NCBI GenBank assembly: GCA_947304585.1
Contig: CAMZBI010000008.1
Span: 2,649-66,648, forward strand
DNA from: an uncultured Clostridia bacterium
GTDB taxonomy: Bacteria > Bacillota > Clostridia > UBA1212
Reading direction: 5' to 3'
DNA: 64,000 bases
A program made the position numbers and the translations under genes. Below the pieces are notes generated by a model. The model saw nothing but the letters and a program-made list of their open reading frames with translations. It was not told the DNA's origin and ran no database searches. Positions 10,510 through 20,558 of this stretch are shown here, piece by piece (within the stretch, counting starts at the first letter, position 1; every line of letters begins with the position of its first letter).

Positions 10510-10539
10510 ATTTTACACCTTTGGCCAATGCCTTGTCAA
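10510..10539 (-). promoter_or_regulatory. promoter for the AbrB-like regulator/ABC exporter operon (TTGACA-18-TAAAAT)
   Basis: Minus-strand reading gives cTTGACAaggcattggccaaaggtgTAAAATg, about 35 nt upstream of the AbrB-like start. Confidence 0.5.
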
Positions 10540-10630
10540 GCACATCCGGTCTCTTTATTTTCAATAAAAAAAGACGGTACGCACCATGGCTTTCCGTCTT
10601 GTCCCGGTCTTTTCTCCGTGGAACCGTTTA

Positions 10631-11362
10631 TTATTTTTTCTTCTTTCTCATCGCCAATGCAGCCCCGGCGGTGATCCCCAGCGCCGCGGCACCTCCGGCA
10701 AAGCCTCCGCAGCCTCCGTTGGGTTCGGCTATCGCAAGATTCTGCCCCGGATCGTCATCCCACGACTCGGCCGGCTTTGCAGCATCCCTTGCCTCAAGGG
10801 CCGCTGTTATCTCCTCAACACTGTCCGAGGTTGAAAACAGCGCGTCCCCAAGAGCTCCCCAGTCGCCGCTGATGCCGTCGCCGCCGTCGTCCATCTCGAT
10901 TCTGAATTTCTTGCAGCCGCTCACGTCCACAGTGAGCAGTGAGGGTCTCTCTTTCGGCGTCACCACGTCTGTCTTTTTCACGGTTTTTCCGTCAACGATG
11001 AACATAAACCTTACGCTGGCCATGGTGACGTTGAATTTCTCGCTCTCCGCGGTTCCCGGGTAGGCGCAGAAGGTCTTAAAGCCCTTCCCTTCGATGTCAA
11101 CTTCAATATATGCGTTTTTGCCGGGCATGGCGTGGAGGCACACGCCCTTGTCAAAATACATGTCGTAGAGCCAGAGCTCCTCGCCGGCAACGTTCTCGTC
11201 CCTGGACGGCACGGCGCCGTTGTATATCTCCGCACCGGTCCACTCCATATCGCTGAGGTATGTGATCATTTCGTTGTTATTCTCCCCGGCGGCAAGGGCA
11301 GCTGTTCCGGGGATCAGTATTGCCGACAGCACCGCCAATATTATTATCAGTACTTTTTTCAT
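10631..11362 (-). CDS. secreted NPCBM/NEW2-domain protein with C-terminal TM anchor
   Basis: Signal peptide MKKVLIIILAVLSAILIPGTAALA. YLSDMEW..G..YNG motif of the NPCBM carbohydrate-binding module. C-terminus GGFAGGAAALGITAGAALAMRKKKK. Confidence 0.55.
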   Translation of the reverse strand: MKKVLIIILAVLSAILIPGTAALAAGENNNEMITYLSDMEWTGAEIYNGAVPSRDENVAGEELWLYDMYFDKGVCLHAMPGKNAYIEVDIEGKGFKTFCAYPGTAESEKFNVTMASVRFMFIVDGKTVKKTDVVTPKERPSLLTVDVSGCKKFRIEMDDGGDGISGDWGALGDALFSTSDSVEEITAALEARDAAKPAESWDDDPGQNLAIAEPNGGCGGFAGGAAALGITAGAALAMRKKKK

Positions 11363-11394
11363 GTTTTTTTAAGTTCCTTCGGATCGGGCATTCC

Positions 11395-13434
11395 TTAGTT
11401 GCATCTTGTGATAAATATCAGTGCTGAGGTTCCGGGCTCCTCAAGGGTGATCTCAAGTCCCTTTTGTGAAAGTTCGAATCCGCTCATTATATCCGCAAGT
11501 TTGCCGTCGCAGTCCCTTACAACGTATTTGGCTCCCGGGTCTGCGTGGAGCTTGAATGTTTTGACCGTTTCCTCATTGGCGGATGCCCGGAAGACCATCA
11601 CCGCTCCGCTGTCCGCCTCTTCGTCGTAATACTCATAGGCTCTCCAGACGTCCGCAGCCTTGCTGTACTCTGTGAGGGGATAGAAATCCTTGTAATAAAG
11701 CTTCGACAGCTGTCTCCACTCGGCAACGCATTTCCGAACCGTATCCCATGGTGTGTCCTTGCTCATTGTTGGGACGTTCAGGTTCATCCAGGGGGCCATG
11801 CAGGAGCGGATGTTGTATTCGTTTATCTCGTCGCTGCCTCCAAGCTGAAGCTTGTAGTACGGGAACCATTGGGAAAGGGCAAGGAGCAACGCCTGTCTCT
11901 CGTCGTACCGTCCCGTCTGGCCGTCCCAGTAGTCGCTGATGTGAAGAGGCACAGCCCTTCTCATGGTTTCAAGATCGTTGCGGCCTCCGCCGGATGCGCA
12001 GGAGTCTATCGTCATATCCGGATATTTCTCAAGAAGCCTGTCCCAGAGGGCCAGATAGCCTGTGACGTATTTGTTCTCCGTGACGCCCTTCCGGTCGTAG
12101 TCGTCGTTGTAATACCAGACTTCCGCAGGATCCACGTTGAAGTCCTGGCGGTACATGTCGATGCCGCTCTCGTCAAGAACTCCGGATATCCTGTTAAACA
12201 GCCACTCTCTCAGATCCGGGTTTCCCAGATCCACCAGCTGTCCCTGGAGCCAGGAGCCTGCCGCAGCGGTGCCAATGAACCAGTCCGGGTCAAAATCCGG
12301 GTTTGCCTTGAGGAACTTTTTCTCGTCGCACCTTACAACTTCCGGTTCGAACCAAAGGAGAGTCTTGCCGCCGTTCTCATGGACAAGGGCCGACACCTCC
12401 GCAAGTTTGTCCGGGAACCGGCTCGTATCCACCTGCCACATGCCCGTCTCCGGCCAGCCGCAGGAATTGCCGTCGGCGTTCACGTACCAGCCCGCGTCCA
12501 TCCAGAAATAATCCAGCTTCACCCCGTGGCGGAGGTAGGAATTGGCGGTTCTCGTAAGGGAATGGGTGGTGTGTCCGTCCACCGTGGCGCCCCAGCATAG
12601 AGCCGGTTTAATTACCTCTCCGGCGGTGTCCTTGTTCATGTTGCACTCTATGAACCATCTCCGCCAGAGATTCATGCTGCTTGTCTCGTCTCTTCCCTCG
12701 TGGCGAAGGAATGCCACAAGAGGCGTCCTGACCGTTTCGCCGGGCTCCAGATAGGCGTAGAACTCGTTCTGGCCTGCTGTAAAATGGGTGTTTCTGCCGT
12801 CAAGGCCTTCAAAGCCCGCCTTCCAGCATCCCGGCCATCCGATGGCGATAAAAATACCGCCGGTGCCGTAGTCCAGATTGTAATATGGGAACGAGCCGTG
12901 GGTGGGCCTTCCTGACGTGGAGCTCTGGTAGAAAGGCGTTTCCGAGAGGTCTATCTCGTAGGGGGCGTACATGTCGCCAAGGTCTCCGCTGATGCCCTTT
13001 AGCACAGGCGAGCCGCCCTTGAAGACCGCATCTGCCGCAAGTATCTCGCTGAAGATTCCTGTATTCTTTTCGGATTCATTGGTGATGTATACGGTCCACT
13101 CCCAGGCGTCGTAGTTCTTGTAAGCCTTTGCCTTTACTGTGAACACGGCGCCGCTGGCGTTGTGGAGGAACCGCGCGTCGTATTCTCTTCCGTCCGGGAC
13201 GTCTTTTTTCTCCTCGGAAAGCTTGTCGAAGCCCTCGCCGAATCCGGTGTACTTCGTTTTACCGTATTTGAAGGAAAAAGGAAAAGTTGAAGGCTTTTTA
13301 AAATAGTTTTCCAGCTGTCTCATGGCTCTGTCTCCGTAACCGCTGCCCTTTTGTGCGGAATAACACCCGGCACATGATACCGCCAATACCAGCGCAAGGA
13401 TCAGCAAAACCGTTCTTAATAAATTCTTTGTCAT
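11395..13434 (-). CDS. lipoprotein glycoside hydrolase, alpha-galactosidase-like (GH36/melibiase superfamily)
   Basis: Signal peptide plus lipobox (LAVSCAGC). Motifs WMDAGW and DSCASGGGRND resemble the GH36 catalytic region. 679 aa. Confidence 0.45.
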   Translation of the reverse strand: MTKNLLRTVLLILALVLAVSCAGCYSAQKGSGYGDRAMRQLENYFKKPSTFPFSFKYGKTKYTGFGEGFDKLSEEKKDVPDGREYDARFLHNASGAVFTVKAKAYKNYDAWEWTVYITNESEKNTGIFSEILAADAVFKGGSPVLKGISGDLGDMYAPYEIDLSETPFYQSSTSGRPTHGSFPYYNLDYGTGGIFIAIGWPGCWKAGFEGLDGRNTHFTAGQNEFYAYLEPGETVRTPLVAFLRHEGRDETSSMNLWRRWFIECNMNKDTAGEVIKPALCWGATVDGHTTHSLTRTANSYLRHGVKLDYFWMDAGWYVNADGNSCGWPETGMWQVDTSRFPDKLAEVSALVHENGGKTLLWFEPEVVRCDEKKFLKANPDFDPDWFIGTAAAGSWLQGQLVDLGNPDLREWLFNRISGVLDESGIDMYRQDFNVDPAEVWYYNDDYDRKGVTENKYVTGYLALWDRLLEKYPDMTIDSCASGGGRNDLETMRRAVPLHISDYWDGQTGRYDERQALLLALSQWFPYYKLQLGGSDEINEYNIRSCMAPWMNLNVPTMSKDTPWDTVRKCVAEWRQLSKLYYKDFYPLTEYSKAADVWRAYEYYDEEADSGAVMVFRASANEETVKTFKLHADPGAKYVVRDCDGKLADIMSGFELSQKGLEITLEEPGTSALIFITRCN

Positions 13435-13494
13435 TTTTACCTTTCGCCAACGGCTCCTTCTCAGTTGCCTCCGGAGCCGTCAGATTATGCATTT

Positions 13495-14157
13495 TCAGCT
13501 GCCGCTGTAGTCCTTAATTTCAAGCCAGACCTTTTCCGTTCCGGGTGTCAGCTCAAGATCGTATATCCAGAAGCTCCAGCTGACGAAATTTCTCTCGCCC
13601 GTTCCGGTTCCGGACAGCTGCACGGGGCTTGCCTTGATGGGATTGCCCTCTTCGTCGGTTATCCTGTACAGGAAACCGTTGTAGTTCCAGTCGTCGTAGG
13701 CCTCCACCTTGGTCAGTTCCGCTTCAAATATGATCTCATTTCCGTCAAACCGGTATTTTACGTTATCCACAAGGCTTTTGTTGTGGTCGCCGAGTTTGGT
13801 CTCAACAGGGAGATTCGGGATCACTATCACAAGATTTATCGTTTTCCCGCACCGTTCGCAGGTCTCGCCAAGCTTTCCAACATGGCCAAGGGCTTCACCC
13901 TCCGTTGCCCCGCAGGTGCTGCAGGTCATTGGCGTGGTGCAGTCGGCCTCCGAAAAGGTATGGCCTGTTGCGGGAATGTCTTCAACCTCCAGATATTCAC
14001 AGAGGAGGCACTCCCTCCTTCTTAAGCCCTTTTCCTCACAGGTCGGGGCAACATCTGTCTTCCATTCGCCGAAATGATGGGTGTGATCCTCTCCGCAGCC
14101 CGCAAAAAGAGCCGCCAGGGTAACCAGTATCGCGATCAATAAAATAACACGTTTCAT
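13495..14157 (-). CDS. Cys-rich repeat lipoprotein, unknown function
   Basis: Lipobox LFAGC. Tandem modules HTHHFGEW..PTCEEKG..CLLCEY..GH and DCTTPMTCSTCG..GH. The C-terminal domain is beta-rich. Confidence 0.5.
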   Translation of the reverse strand: MKRVILLIAILVTLAALFAGCGEDHTHHFGEWKTDVAPTCEEKGLRRRECLLCEYLEVEDIPATGHTFSEADCTTPMTCSTCGATEGEALGHVGKLGETCERCGKTINLVIVIPNLPVETKLGDHNKSLVDNVKYRFDGNEIIFEAELTKVEAYDDWNYNGFLYRITDEEGNPIKASPVQLSGTGTGERNFVSWSFWIYDLELTPGTEKVWLEIKDYSGS

Positions 14158-14190
14158 AAGTACTCCTATGGCTTCAATGTCCGGGCATCC

Positions 14191-15294
14191 TCACTCTTCC
14201 TTGAAGACCCTCTTCACCGCTTCAAGATAGCCGAATCCGAATTTCGTGTCCGGCTCCAGGTAGCTGGTCTCGGTCCACTCGTTCCAGCTGTTGACGGTGA
14301 TGAGAGGCGTCATACCCGGTCTTGCGTCCACGTATGCCTTGGCCTTGCGGAGGCCCTCTTCAAACAGTTCCGGCGTCGCACCGGTCATGATGGTCCTGCC
14401 CCTGTTCTTATACCTCGGGTTGTTGTCCCATCCAATGGATACGTGGGGATAGTACGTGGCGTTGCACTTTGCTACGATCTGAGCCCACTCCTCTTCAAGC
14501 CGGTCCACCACGTCCTTGTAAGGTCTGTCCTCGGGCAGCCATGTGAAATGGATGAACTGGTAGTGGGAGATGCTGTCAAATTTCAAAAGATTCACCGCAT
14601 CCGACGCAGAGCCGGTCTTTTCCGAATCCACCCCCGAAAGGTTAACCGCGTACTCGTTCCAGTATGTCATCTGAAGTTCAAGTCCCGGGAAACCCGCTTT
14701 TACAGTCTCTTTTTTGAAATAATCAATGGCTTCCTTTGTTTTTTCAACGCCGCCAAGTCCTTTAATGAGATTCATAACGTCGTAGACCATGAACACCGGC
14801 TTGCCGTCAATTTTGTAGTACTCGGGCTGGGAGAAGTAGTTTTCGATCATCCTTTTTACAATGATCTCAAAATCCTTCCTGTCGACGCTTCCCTCATAGA
14901 TCAGCGCGTCGTAGTCCGCGTTGCGGCGGTCCCAGGTCATGCCCACGTCGTGGTTTGCCCACATGATATAAAACTTCATTCTGCTGCGGTTCTTCGCCTT
15001 CAGGAAGCCGTTGTCAAGGCACTGCTCAAGGAAAGGCCTGTGATCGTACCAGTACCAGTCATAGATGAACACGTTGACACCGTGATCCGCCGCGGCGTCG
15101 ATCTGCTTCTCCATGACCTTCGGGTCAGCCTCGTCCTCAAAACCCCAGACAGGCAGGGGCCTTGAGGGGTCGTCCTCGTTTGCTTTTCTCACGGTCTGCC
15201 ACTCGCCAATTCCTTCGTCCCAGAATATCCTTGTCCTCGGCTCCGTTCCGGTGTAGGAAGGCCAGATATATGCTGCCACATCGTATTTTTTCAT
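14191..15294 (-). CDS. GH99-like / WbsX-like glycoside hydrolase (cytoplasmic)
   Basis: 367 aa with no signal peptide. NSWNEWTE motif resembles the GH99 catalytic region. TIM-barrel-like pattern. Confidence 0.4.
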   Translation of the reverse strand: MKKYDVAAYIWPSYTGTEPRTRIFWDEGIGEWQTVRKANEDDPSRPLPVWGFEDEADPKVMEKQIDAAADHGVNVFIYDWYWYDHRPFLEQCLDNGFLKAKNRSRMKFYIMWANHDVGMTWDRRNADYDALIYEGSVDRKDFEIIVKRMIENYFSQPEYYKIDGKPVFMVYDVMNLIKGLGGVEKTKEAIDYFKKETVKAGFPGLELQMTYWNEYAVNLSGVDSEKTGSASDAVNLLKFDSISHYQFIHFTWLPEDRPYKDVVDRLEEEWAQIVAKCNATYYPHVSIGWDNNPRYKNRGRTIMTGATPELFEEGLRKAKAYVDARPGMTPLITVNSWNEWTETSYLEPDTKFGFGYLEAVKRVFKEE

Positions 15295-15341
15295 AAAAAT
15301 CTCCTTTGGATCGGTCCTATGCGGTTAAAACCTCTGCCCTG

Positions 15342-18300
15342 TCAACTCTTTACAACGTCGATGAACAGTCTTCCGGGGGTGCTGTCCATAAGCGCGTAAT
15401 CCTCGGTAAACGAAGGTCCCCCAACCACGAAATGCTCGGGTCCCACTGCTCCCGGTATTGCCGGCAGGAAGTGGAGCGGCCCGTAAATGTTTTTTCTTGA
15501 GCAGACCAGGGTCACTCTGAAGCCTTCTTTAAGATAGTCCGTCACGTCTGCGGTATATGGTTCCCAGCCGAGTATGCCGATCTTTTTGCCCTCATTGGTC
15601 TCAACTCTGACAAGGCTTCCCGCATAGTCGTTGGCTTTTATGACCGCCCGCTCGTCCTCTTTGAGTTTTATGTCTGCAAGCATTTCCGGCGTGACGACAT
15701 AACTCACACGGCCGGTGTACATGAGAAGGTTCTGGTCTGTGATATTGGCAATGGTCAGTTTTTCCGGCAGCGCGGTCATCACCTTGTGCCTGCTGTAAAT
15801 GTTGCCCTTGTCGTTTAAGCGCCTGGCGGGATTTTTCTCCTTAAGCTCCGACTTCACGCCAAAGTCGCCTATAACGTAGACGCATTCGAGGTTTGTCGTC
15901 CGCCTGAAACGGGTCTTTTGAGTGACCACGTTCTTTCCCTCGACGAGCCATTCCTTCTTTGCGGGCATGGTCTTAAAGGCGTTGTCCACCCAGAAGTCTC
16001 CGTCGGGAGTAAGTTTTTTGCCGTTCAGATAGTATTCGATCAGTTCGGGCCTCTCGCCGGCGATCAGTATGTCGCTTTCGGGAATCGACTCCACGTCAAA
16101 CTCAAAATTCACGGTGATGTCGCCGTAGGCGTCATTGGCGTATTTCTTCGCATACCAGGGCTGAAGCATGCCGCCGCCCCGATGCTCGATGCCCACGTGA
16201 TCTCTGACCTGCATGTCAAGCCTAAGTATCTCGCACGTGTCGAATTTCTTTGTTTCGCCATTCTCCGTCACAAGCTCTGCGTCGGCAAAATCAAGAGCCA
16301 TGGCGTTCTGCTCGTCAAGGACGTATTCAAACTCCCCTGTGAGCTCCTCTTCGGCAACCACATCCTGCTTCTTTCTCCTTCCGGAGCAGTCCTCCGCTGT
16401 AAACTCAGGCTTGTTACCTTTGAAGTAGAATACAAAGACCCTCTCGCCTGCGGGGAAGAAATCCGTTGTGACCGTCACCGACCGGTCTTTCTGTTCAAAG
16501 CCCTTCACAGGGTAGATATTGCCGTCCTCAAGGCACCACTCTGCGCAGTCCGTTATACCCTCTATTCCCTCGACGGTTATCTTAACGTTTTCCCCGCCAA
16601 GGTTTCTCTCCGCATTTATCACCGCCAATGCGACTATGCCGTCCTTCTCCCGGGCATCCGCAAGTCTTGCGTGGAAGCTGCAGCTGCCGCCGTTTTCGAA
16701 GGACATCTTTACGGCCATTCCCTGCTTTACAAGCTTTCTCACGCTGTCACCGTCAAGGGTGCCCTTCAGGTACTCAAGCTTTTTAAAGCTCTCATCCTTC
16801 TTCGCATCGACCATCTTCGGCTCGTCGCCCAGGACGACGATCTTTCCGCCCTTCCCGGCAAAATCTTCAAGCAGTTTCAGTGTGGTTCCCCTTACGGTCT
16901 TCGCTCCGCTTATAACCACCGTTCTGTAAGTGCTCAGGCCGACCTTGATAAAAGGGCCCTTTTCGTCTTCTTCCACGGAGCCCATCTCCGCCAGCATCTG
17001 TTCCTCGCCGTAGTCGAAGTCCACGTTGGCGTCAAGAAGGGCCGCAAAGAGTCTGCGGTAGTTGTCCTCAAGGACATTGGCGTCGTGATCAACGGGCATT
17101 ATCCACTGGGCCCAGCCGGAATAAATGCCTGTCCAGATGCTCTCGATGGGGTTCAGCACCAGAATTTCGCAAATATCCCGGCCCTCGGTCATTACAACTC
17201 CAAATCTTGCGAAATAATCCTCAACAAAGGAATAATCCTTGTAGTAAGGGGACTGGTGGAGGATGCTTGCGGGATAATCACGTTTGGCCTCTCCCTCCAT
17301 GGTGTACCAGGAGAGATGGGGACACCTGACGTTGATCCCGTAGAGAGCCTGCCAGTCTCCCACCGCCTTGTGGCTTCTGAAATTGAACTGCCAGCCGCTG
17401 CAGCCGTAGAGCTCCGAGAGCAGCCATTTTTTGCCAAGCTGCCTGGCGGCGGACTGGATCTGCTTTCCGGCCCAGAATACTGTGGCCCACTCGGTGAGGT
17501 TGTCGATGCCCGGCACACCCATGTGTCCGTAAAAGCGCATCAGGGAGCCGTTGGGCACGGTCTGGTTGGTCAGGCTGTCCTCGTGGAGCACGTGGCCCGT
17601 AAAATCGATACCGTTTTTGAGGCACCAGTCGTTTATGGGATCCGCGAAACGCTCGATAAACAGGTTGTTGGCAAGATCCACGTAGTCGTGTTTCACCGCA
17701 AAAGAAGTCTCAAAGCCGGGGGCCTTGTAGAAAATCTCCGGCAGTATCCGTTTTGCGTCATACCCGTATCTTTTTATGAATTCCTCAAAGATGTCGTCGG
17801 TCCAGCAAATGCTGCATCTCAGCATACCGTTTTCGTCTCTCCGGGCGTCGTCCAGGAGATGTCCTCTGTGGGGCTCGTCGGTGAAAATGCCTTTGATCTC
17901 TTTCCAAAGCTCTTCACCCGCCCGGTCTTTGTACTGCTGATGGGTCAGTTCAATAAACTTTTCCGTAGCCTCCCTCATCATGGTATCGATATAGGTGGTG
18001 CCGTTATAGCCGCTGGAGGGCTTGTCGTAGACCACGCAGAATTTGAGAAGCCTGTGTTTTTCACCCTCTGCCGGTTTGAACTTAAGCTTTCCGTCAAAGG
18101 GTCTGTAATCTGTCAGCGTGATCCCGTCTTCTTTTATGAGTGCCTCGAATACCGCCAACATCTGTCCCGGCTGGCGGCCGTCCTCAGGAGCCGTTTCCTG
18201 CAGTACAAGTGCTTTCATCCTGTATTTGAGGTCTCTTGTGACAATGCCGCCTGCGCTTCCGCTGGGCCAGCGGTCCTCGTCATACAGCCAGGGTTCCATT

Positions 18301-18569
18301 CCCGTCTCTTTTCCGTACTCGGCCACTTTATTGCAAAGGTCAAACCACTCGTCCCCGAGATATTCGGTGATGAGGCCCGCTCTGCTGTGCATAAAATAAC
18401 CGCCAAAGCCCATCTCTTTAAGAACGTCAACCTGCCGTTTCAGTTCTTTCTCCTCAAGTTCTCCGTTCCAGGACCAGAAAGGTTTTCCCCGGAATTCTCT
18501 GCCCGGATCTTTAAACTCTTTTACAAGCTCAGCGTATCCTCTGTTCAGTATGTCGTTATTCATTTTCAA
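15342..18569 (-). CDS. large glycoside hydrolase-like protein (1075 aa), family unassigned
   Basis: N-terminal RGKPFWSWNGELEE..LKEMGFGGYFMHSRAGL is a TIM-barrel GH-like signature. No signal peptide. Confidence 0.4.
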   Translation of the reverse strand: MKMNNDILNRGYAELVKEFKDPGREFRGKPFWSWNGELEEKELKRQVDVLKEMGFGGYFMHSRAGLITEYLGDEWFDLCNKVAEYGKETGMEPWLYDEDRWPSGSAGGIVTRDLKYRMKALVLQETAPEDGRQPGQMLAVFEALIKEDGITLTDYRPFDGKLKFKPAEGEKHRLLKFCVVYDKPSSGYNGTTYIDTMMREATEKFIELTHQQYKDRAGEELWKEIKGIFTDEPHRGHLLDDARRDENGMLRCSICWTDDIFEEFIKRYGYDAKRILPEIFYKAPGFETSFAVKHDYVDLANNLFIERFADPINDWCLKNGIDFTGHVLHEDSLTNQTVPNGSLMRFYGHMGVPGIDNLTEWATVFWAGKQIQSAARQLGKKWLLSELYGCSGWQFNFRSHKAVGDWQALYGINVRCPHLSWYTMEGEAKRDYPASILHQSPYYKDYSFVEDYFARFGVVMTEGRDICEILVLNPIESIWTGIYSGWAQWIMPVDHDANVLEDNYRRLFAALLDANVDFDYGEEQMLAEMGSVEEDEKGPFIKVGLSTYRTVVISGAKTVRGTTLKLLEDFAGKGGKIVVLGDEPKMVDAKKDESFKKLEYLKGTLDGDSVRKLVKQGMAVKMSFENGGSCSFHARLADAREKDGIVALAVINAERNLGGENVKITVEGIEGITDCAEWCLEDGNIYPVKGFEQKDRSVTVTTDFFPAGERVFVFYFKGNKPEFTAEDCSGRRKKQDVVAEEELTGEFEYVLDEQNAMALDFADAELVTENGETKKFDTCEILRLDMQVRDHVGIEHRGGGMLQPWYAKKYANDAYGDITVNFEFDVESIPESDILIAGERPELIEYYLNGKKLTPDGDFWVDNAFKTMPAKKEWLVEGKNVVTQKTRFRRTTNLECVYVIGDFGVKSELKEKNPARRLNDKGNIYSRHKVMTALPEKLTIANITDQNLLMYTGRVSYVVTPEMLADIKLKEDERAVIKANDYAGSLVRVETNEGKKIGILGWEPYTADVTDYLKEGFRVTLVCSRKNIYGPLHFLPAIPGAVGPEHFVVGGPSFTEDYALMDSTPGRLFIDVVKS

Positions 18570-18715
18570 ACCTCCGGCGGGGATGTCAGAAATCCCTGCC
18601 CGCCAATTTATTCTTCGTTTTGAATTATACCAAAACGGCCGTTTTTTTCAATACCGAAGGGGCCTTTCTTCCTTTAGACAACAGCTTGTTTTGCGGTCTC
18701 TCAAGCTCCCCGGAC

Positions 18716-18770
18716 AGCAAAAAAACACACCTTCCGCAAAAGCTTCGAAACCTGTGCAAAAGGTGTGTGC
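18716..18770 (-). terminator. rho-independent terminator after the surface-protein gene
   Basis: Stem acacacctt/aaggtgtgt at 18725-18768, followed on the minus strand by TTTTTTT. Confidence 0.6.
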
Positions 18771-18805
18771 TTGTTAATTAAACGTCTCAGAAATCAGTTC
18801 TGATA

Positions 18806-20302
18806 TCAGAAAGCCTTTTTCTTAAGGACTACCAGTGCGATAGCTGCTGCTGCAACTACGAAGATGATCATGGAAGCATCTGCTGTGGGAGCCGGAGGCT
18901 GCTGTCCGGGAACACCAACGAATGTGAACGAAGTGTTCGGAGGAGTTGCAACGCCTGTAGCTTCGAGCTGATCGTCAATGGCAACTTCTGTGCCGTTTGC
19001 AAGTTTGACCATCATAACGATCGTCTGTTCGCCTTCAATGCCTGCAACGGGAACTGTTACGCAGTATCTCTGAGCAAACTCTCCGCCTGCGCCTTTAACA
19101 GCTTCTTCTGTAGCCTGGAAGAAATCTGCGCTGTAAACGGGAGCTGCATCGCCGATCTTGTAACCGAAAGCTTCGATTTCCTGATCGAATCCGATCCATC
19201 CGCGAAGCATGAGTTCCTGGATAGCGCCGTCGCCTTCGCCAACTCTTCTGCTCCGTGCATCAAGCTTATCGGAAGCGTTTCCGTCAGCCTCACCGAAGTT
19301 GAGCACGCCGTCAACGTAGAAGGAGTCGAAGGATGCGTTCCTGTATGTGTAGGAAGGTGTGTCGCCGCCTTGTTCTCCGCCCTGCTCCGGATGGAGATCG
19401 TTTGCGTCGCCTTCAATGGCTACCCAGAAATCCTGGATAACAATGACTTCATCGGTGGTGAACTTAACGATAAGGTCGATTCTTGTCTCATCAACAATGG
19501 TGCCCACAGGGATCCTGATGGTGAAACGTCTTGCGTTTGCTCCGCCTGCGCCGAGAACGTCAGATCCGGTCTCATGGAAGAAATCGCCGAATGTGTCGGT
19601 ATCGCCGATCCTGTATCCGAAGGAAGCGATCTCGCCAACATAGCCGACCCAGCCGTAAAGAGCAATCGATGTAAAGCCTTCGTCAGTTCTGTTGATAAGT
19701 CTGTCTGCGTAGTTGTTATCGAGCCATGCTATTGCATTGGCGGTGCACACTGCATCGTCGTCAAAGTAAACTGCATCCAGGGATTTTCCCTTGAGTGCGG
19801 CTTCTTCGGAAACGACCTCTGCGCCTGCCTCAACGTAAATGTCGATATCGTAGAGTTCCTGTTCGTTGTCGTCGCCGTCAACGAGGTAAACCACTGCGGA
19901 ATAATCACCGTTGTTGAGAGATTTTGTGGGAATGCTGATGCTTACGCCCGGGTTCGGGTTGTTTTCAGCATTGTATCCCTCTCCTGCGAAAGCGCCGAGA
20001 ACGTCGGCACGCTGTCCCTGGGAAATGGTGCAGGTGGACGTGATATCGTTTCCGTCGAGTTCAATTTTGAATCCGTTTACGCCTGCAAGAGAAATAGCCC
20101 AGCCGCTTACGGATACCGAACCGGTTCCCTTTCCAATGGTGAAAGAAGTAACGGAAGGTCCGGAAGGACTTGCGTTAGCGGTCGAGACTTCGCCGCCGTT
20201 GTCGATATAGCCTCTGAAAGGTTCATCGGCATAAGCGACCAATGCGCTGCCGAGGGCGAGAACCATAGCCAGAGCTACGATAATCGATATAAATCTTTTC
20301 AT
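18806..20302 (-). CDS. cell-surface protein with internal tandem repeats and C-terminal TM anchor
   Basis: Signal peptide MKRFISIIVALAMVLALGSALVAYA. Two copies of roughly 130 aa (GW[VI]G[YF]..E[IE][AE][SA]FGY[RK]IGD ... AGG[AE]..). C-terminus MIIFVVAAAAIALVVLKKKAF. Confidence 0.55.
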   Translation of the reverse strand: MKRFISIIVALAMVLALGSALVAYADEPFRGYIDNGGEVSTANASPSGPSVTSFTIGKGTGSVSVSGWAISLAGVNGFKIELDGNDITSTCTISQGQRADVLGAFAGEGYNAENNPNPGVSISIPTKSLNNGDYSAVVYLVDGDDNEQELYDIDIYVEAGAEVVSEEAALKGKSLDAVYFDDDAVCTANAIAWLDNNYADRLINRTDEGFTSIALYGWVGYVGEIASFGYRIGDTDTFGDFFHETGSDVLGAGGANARRFTIRIPVGTIVDETRIDLIVKFTTDEVIVIQDFWVAIEGDANDLHPEQGGEQGGDTPSYTYRNASFDSFYVDGVLNFGEADGNASDKLDARSRRVGEGDGAIQELMLRGWIGFDQEIEAFGYKIGDAAPVYSADFFQATEEAVKGAGGEFAQRYCVTVPVAGIEGEQTIVMMVKLANGTEVAIDDQLEATGVATPPNTSFTFVGVPGQQPPAPTADASMIIFVVAAAAIALVVLKKKAF

Positions 20303-20465
20303 AGAAGATCCTCCTTAAGTCATGAACGGACATAATGTCCGCTATCTCACTTTTCCCAAATTTTACCATTTCCCCGCAGGGATTTCAAGTGTTTTTAAAG
20401 GTTTCCGCCTCGCATTTCCTCTGAAAATAGAGTTTTCAGCAAACAGATACTCAGGGACAAAGAGT

Positions 20466-20506
20466 AAAAAACCGCAGTCCGGGATCTCCGTGCTGCGGCA
20501 GTTCTT
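20466..20506 (-). terminator. probable terminator after the Fe-ADH gene
   Basis: Stem ccgcag/ctgcgg with an A-run on plus (T-run on minus), about 55 nt past the stop. Confidence 0.4.
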
Positions 20507-20558
20507 TGTGATGATGCGTTTTTTGCCGTCCGTTTCCGGAAGACGGGTTTCTCAGGCA

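Noticed and set aside
15918-18623. 901-aa plus-strand ORF antisense to the 1075-aa glycoside hydrolase
   Set aside because: Its Ser/Leu/Val/His-rich composition has no domain signature. The minus-strand gene has clear GH-like motifs, an RBS and an operon fit.
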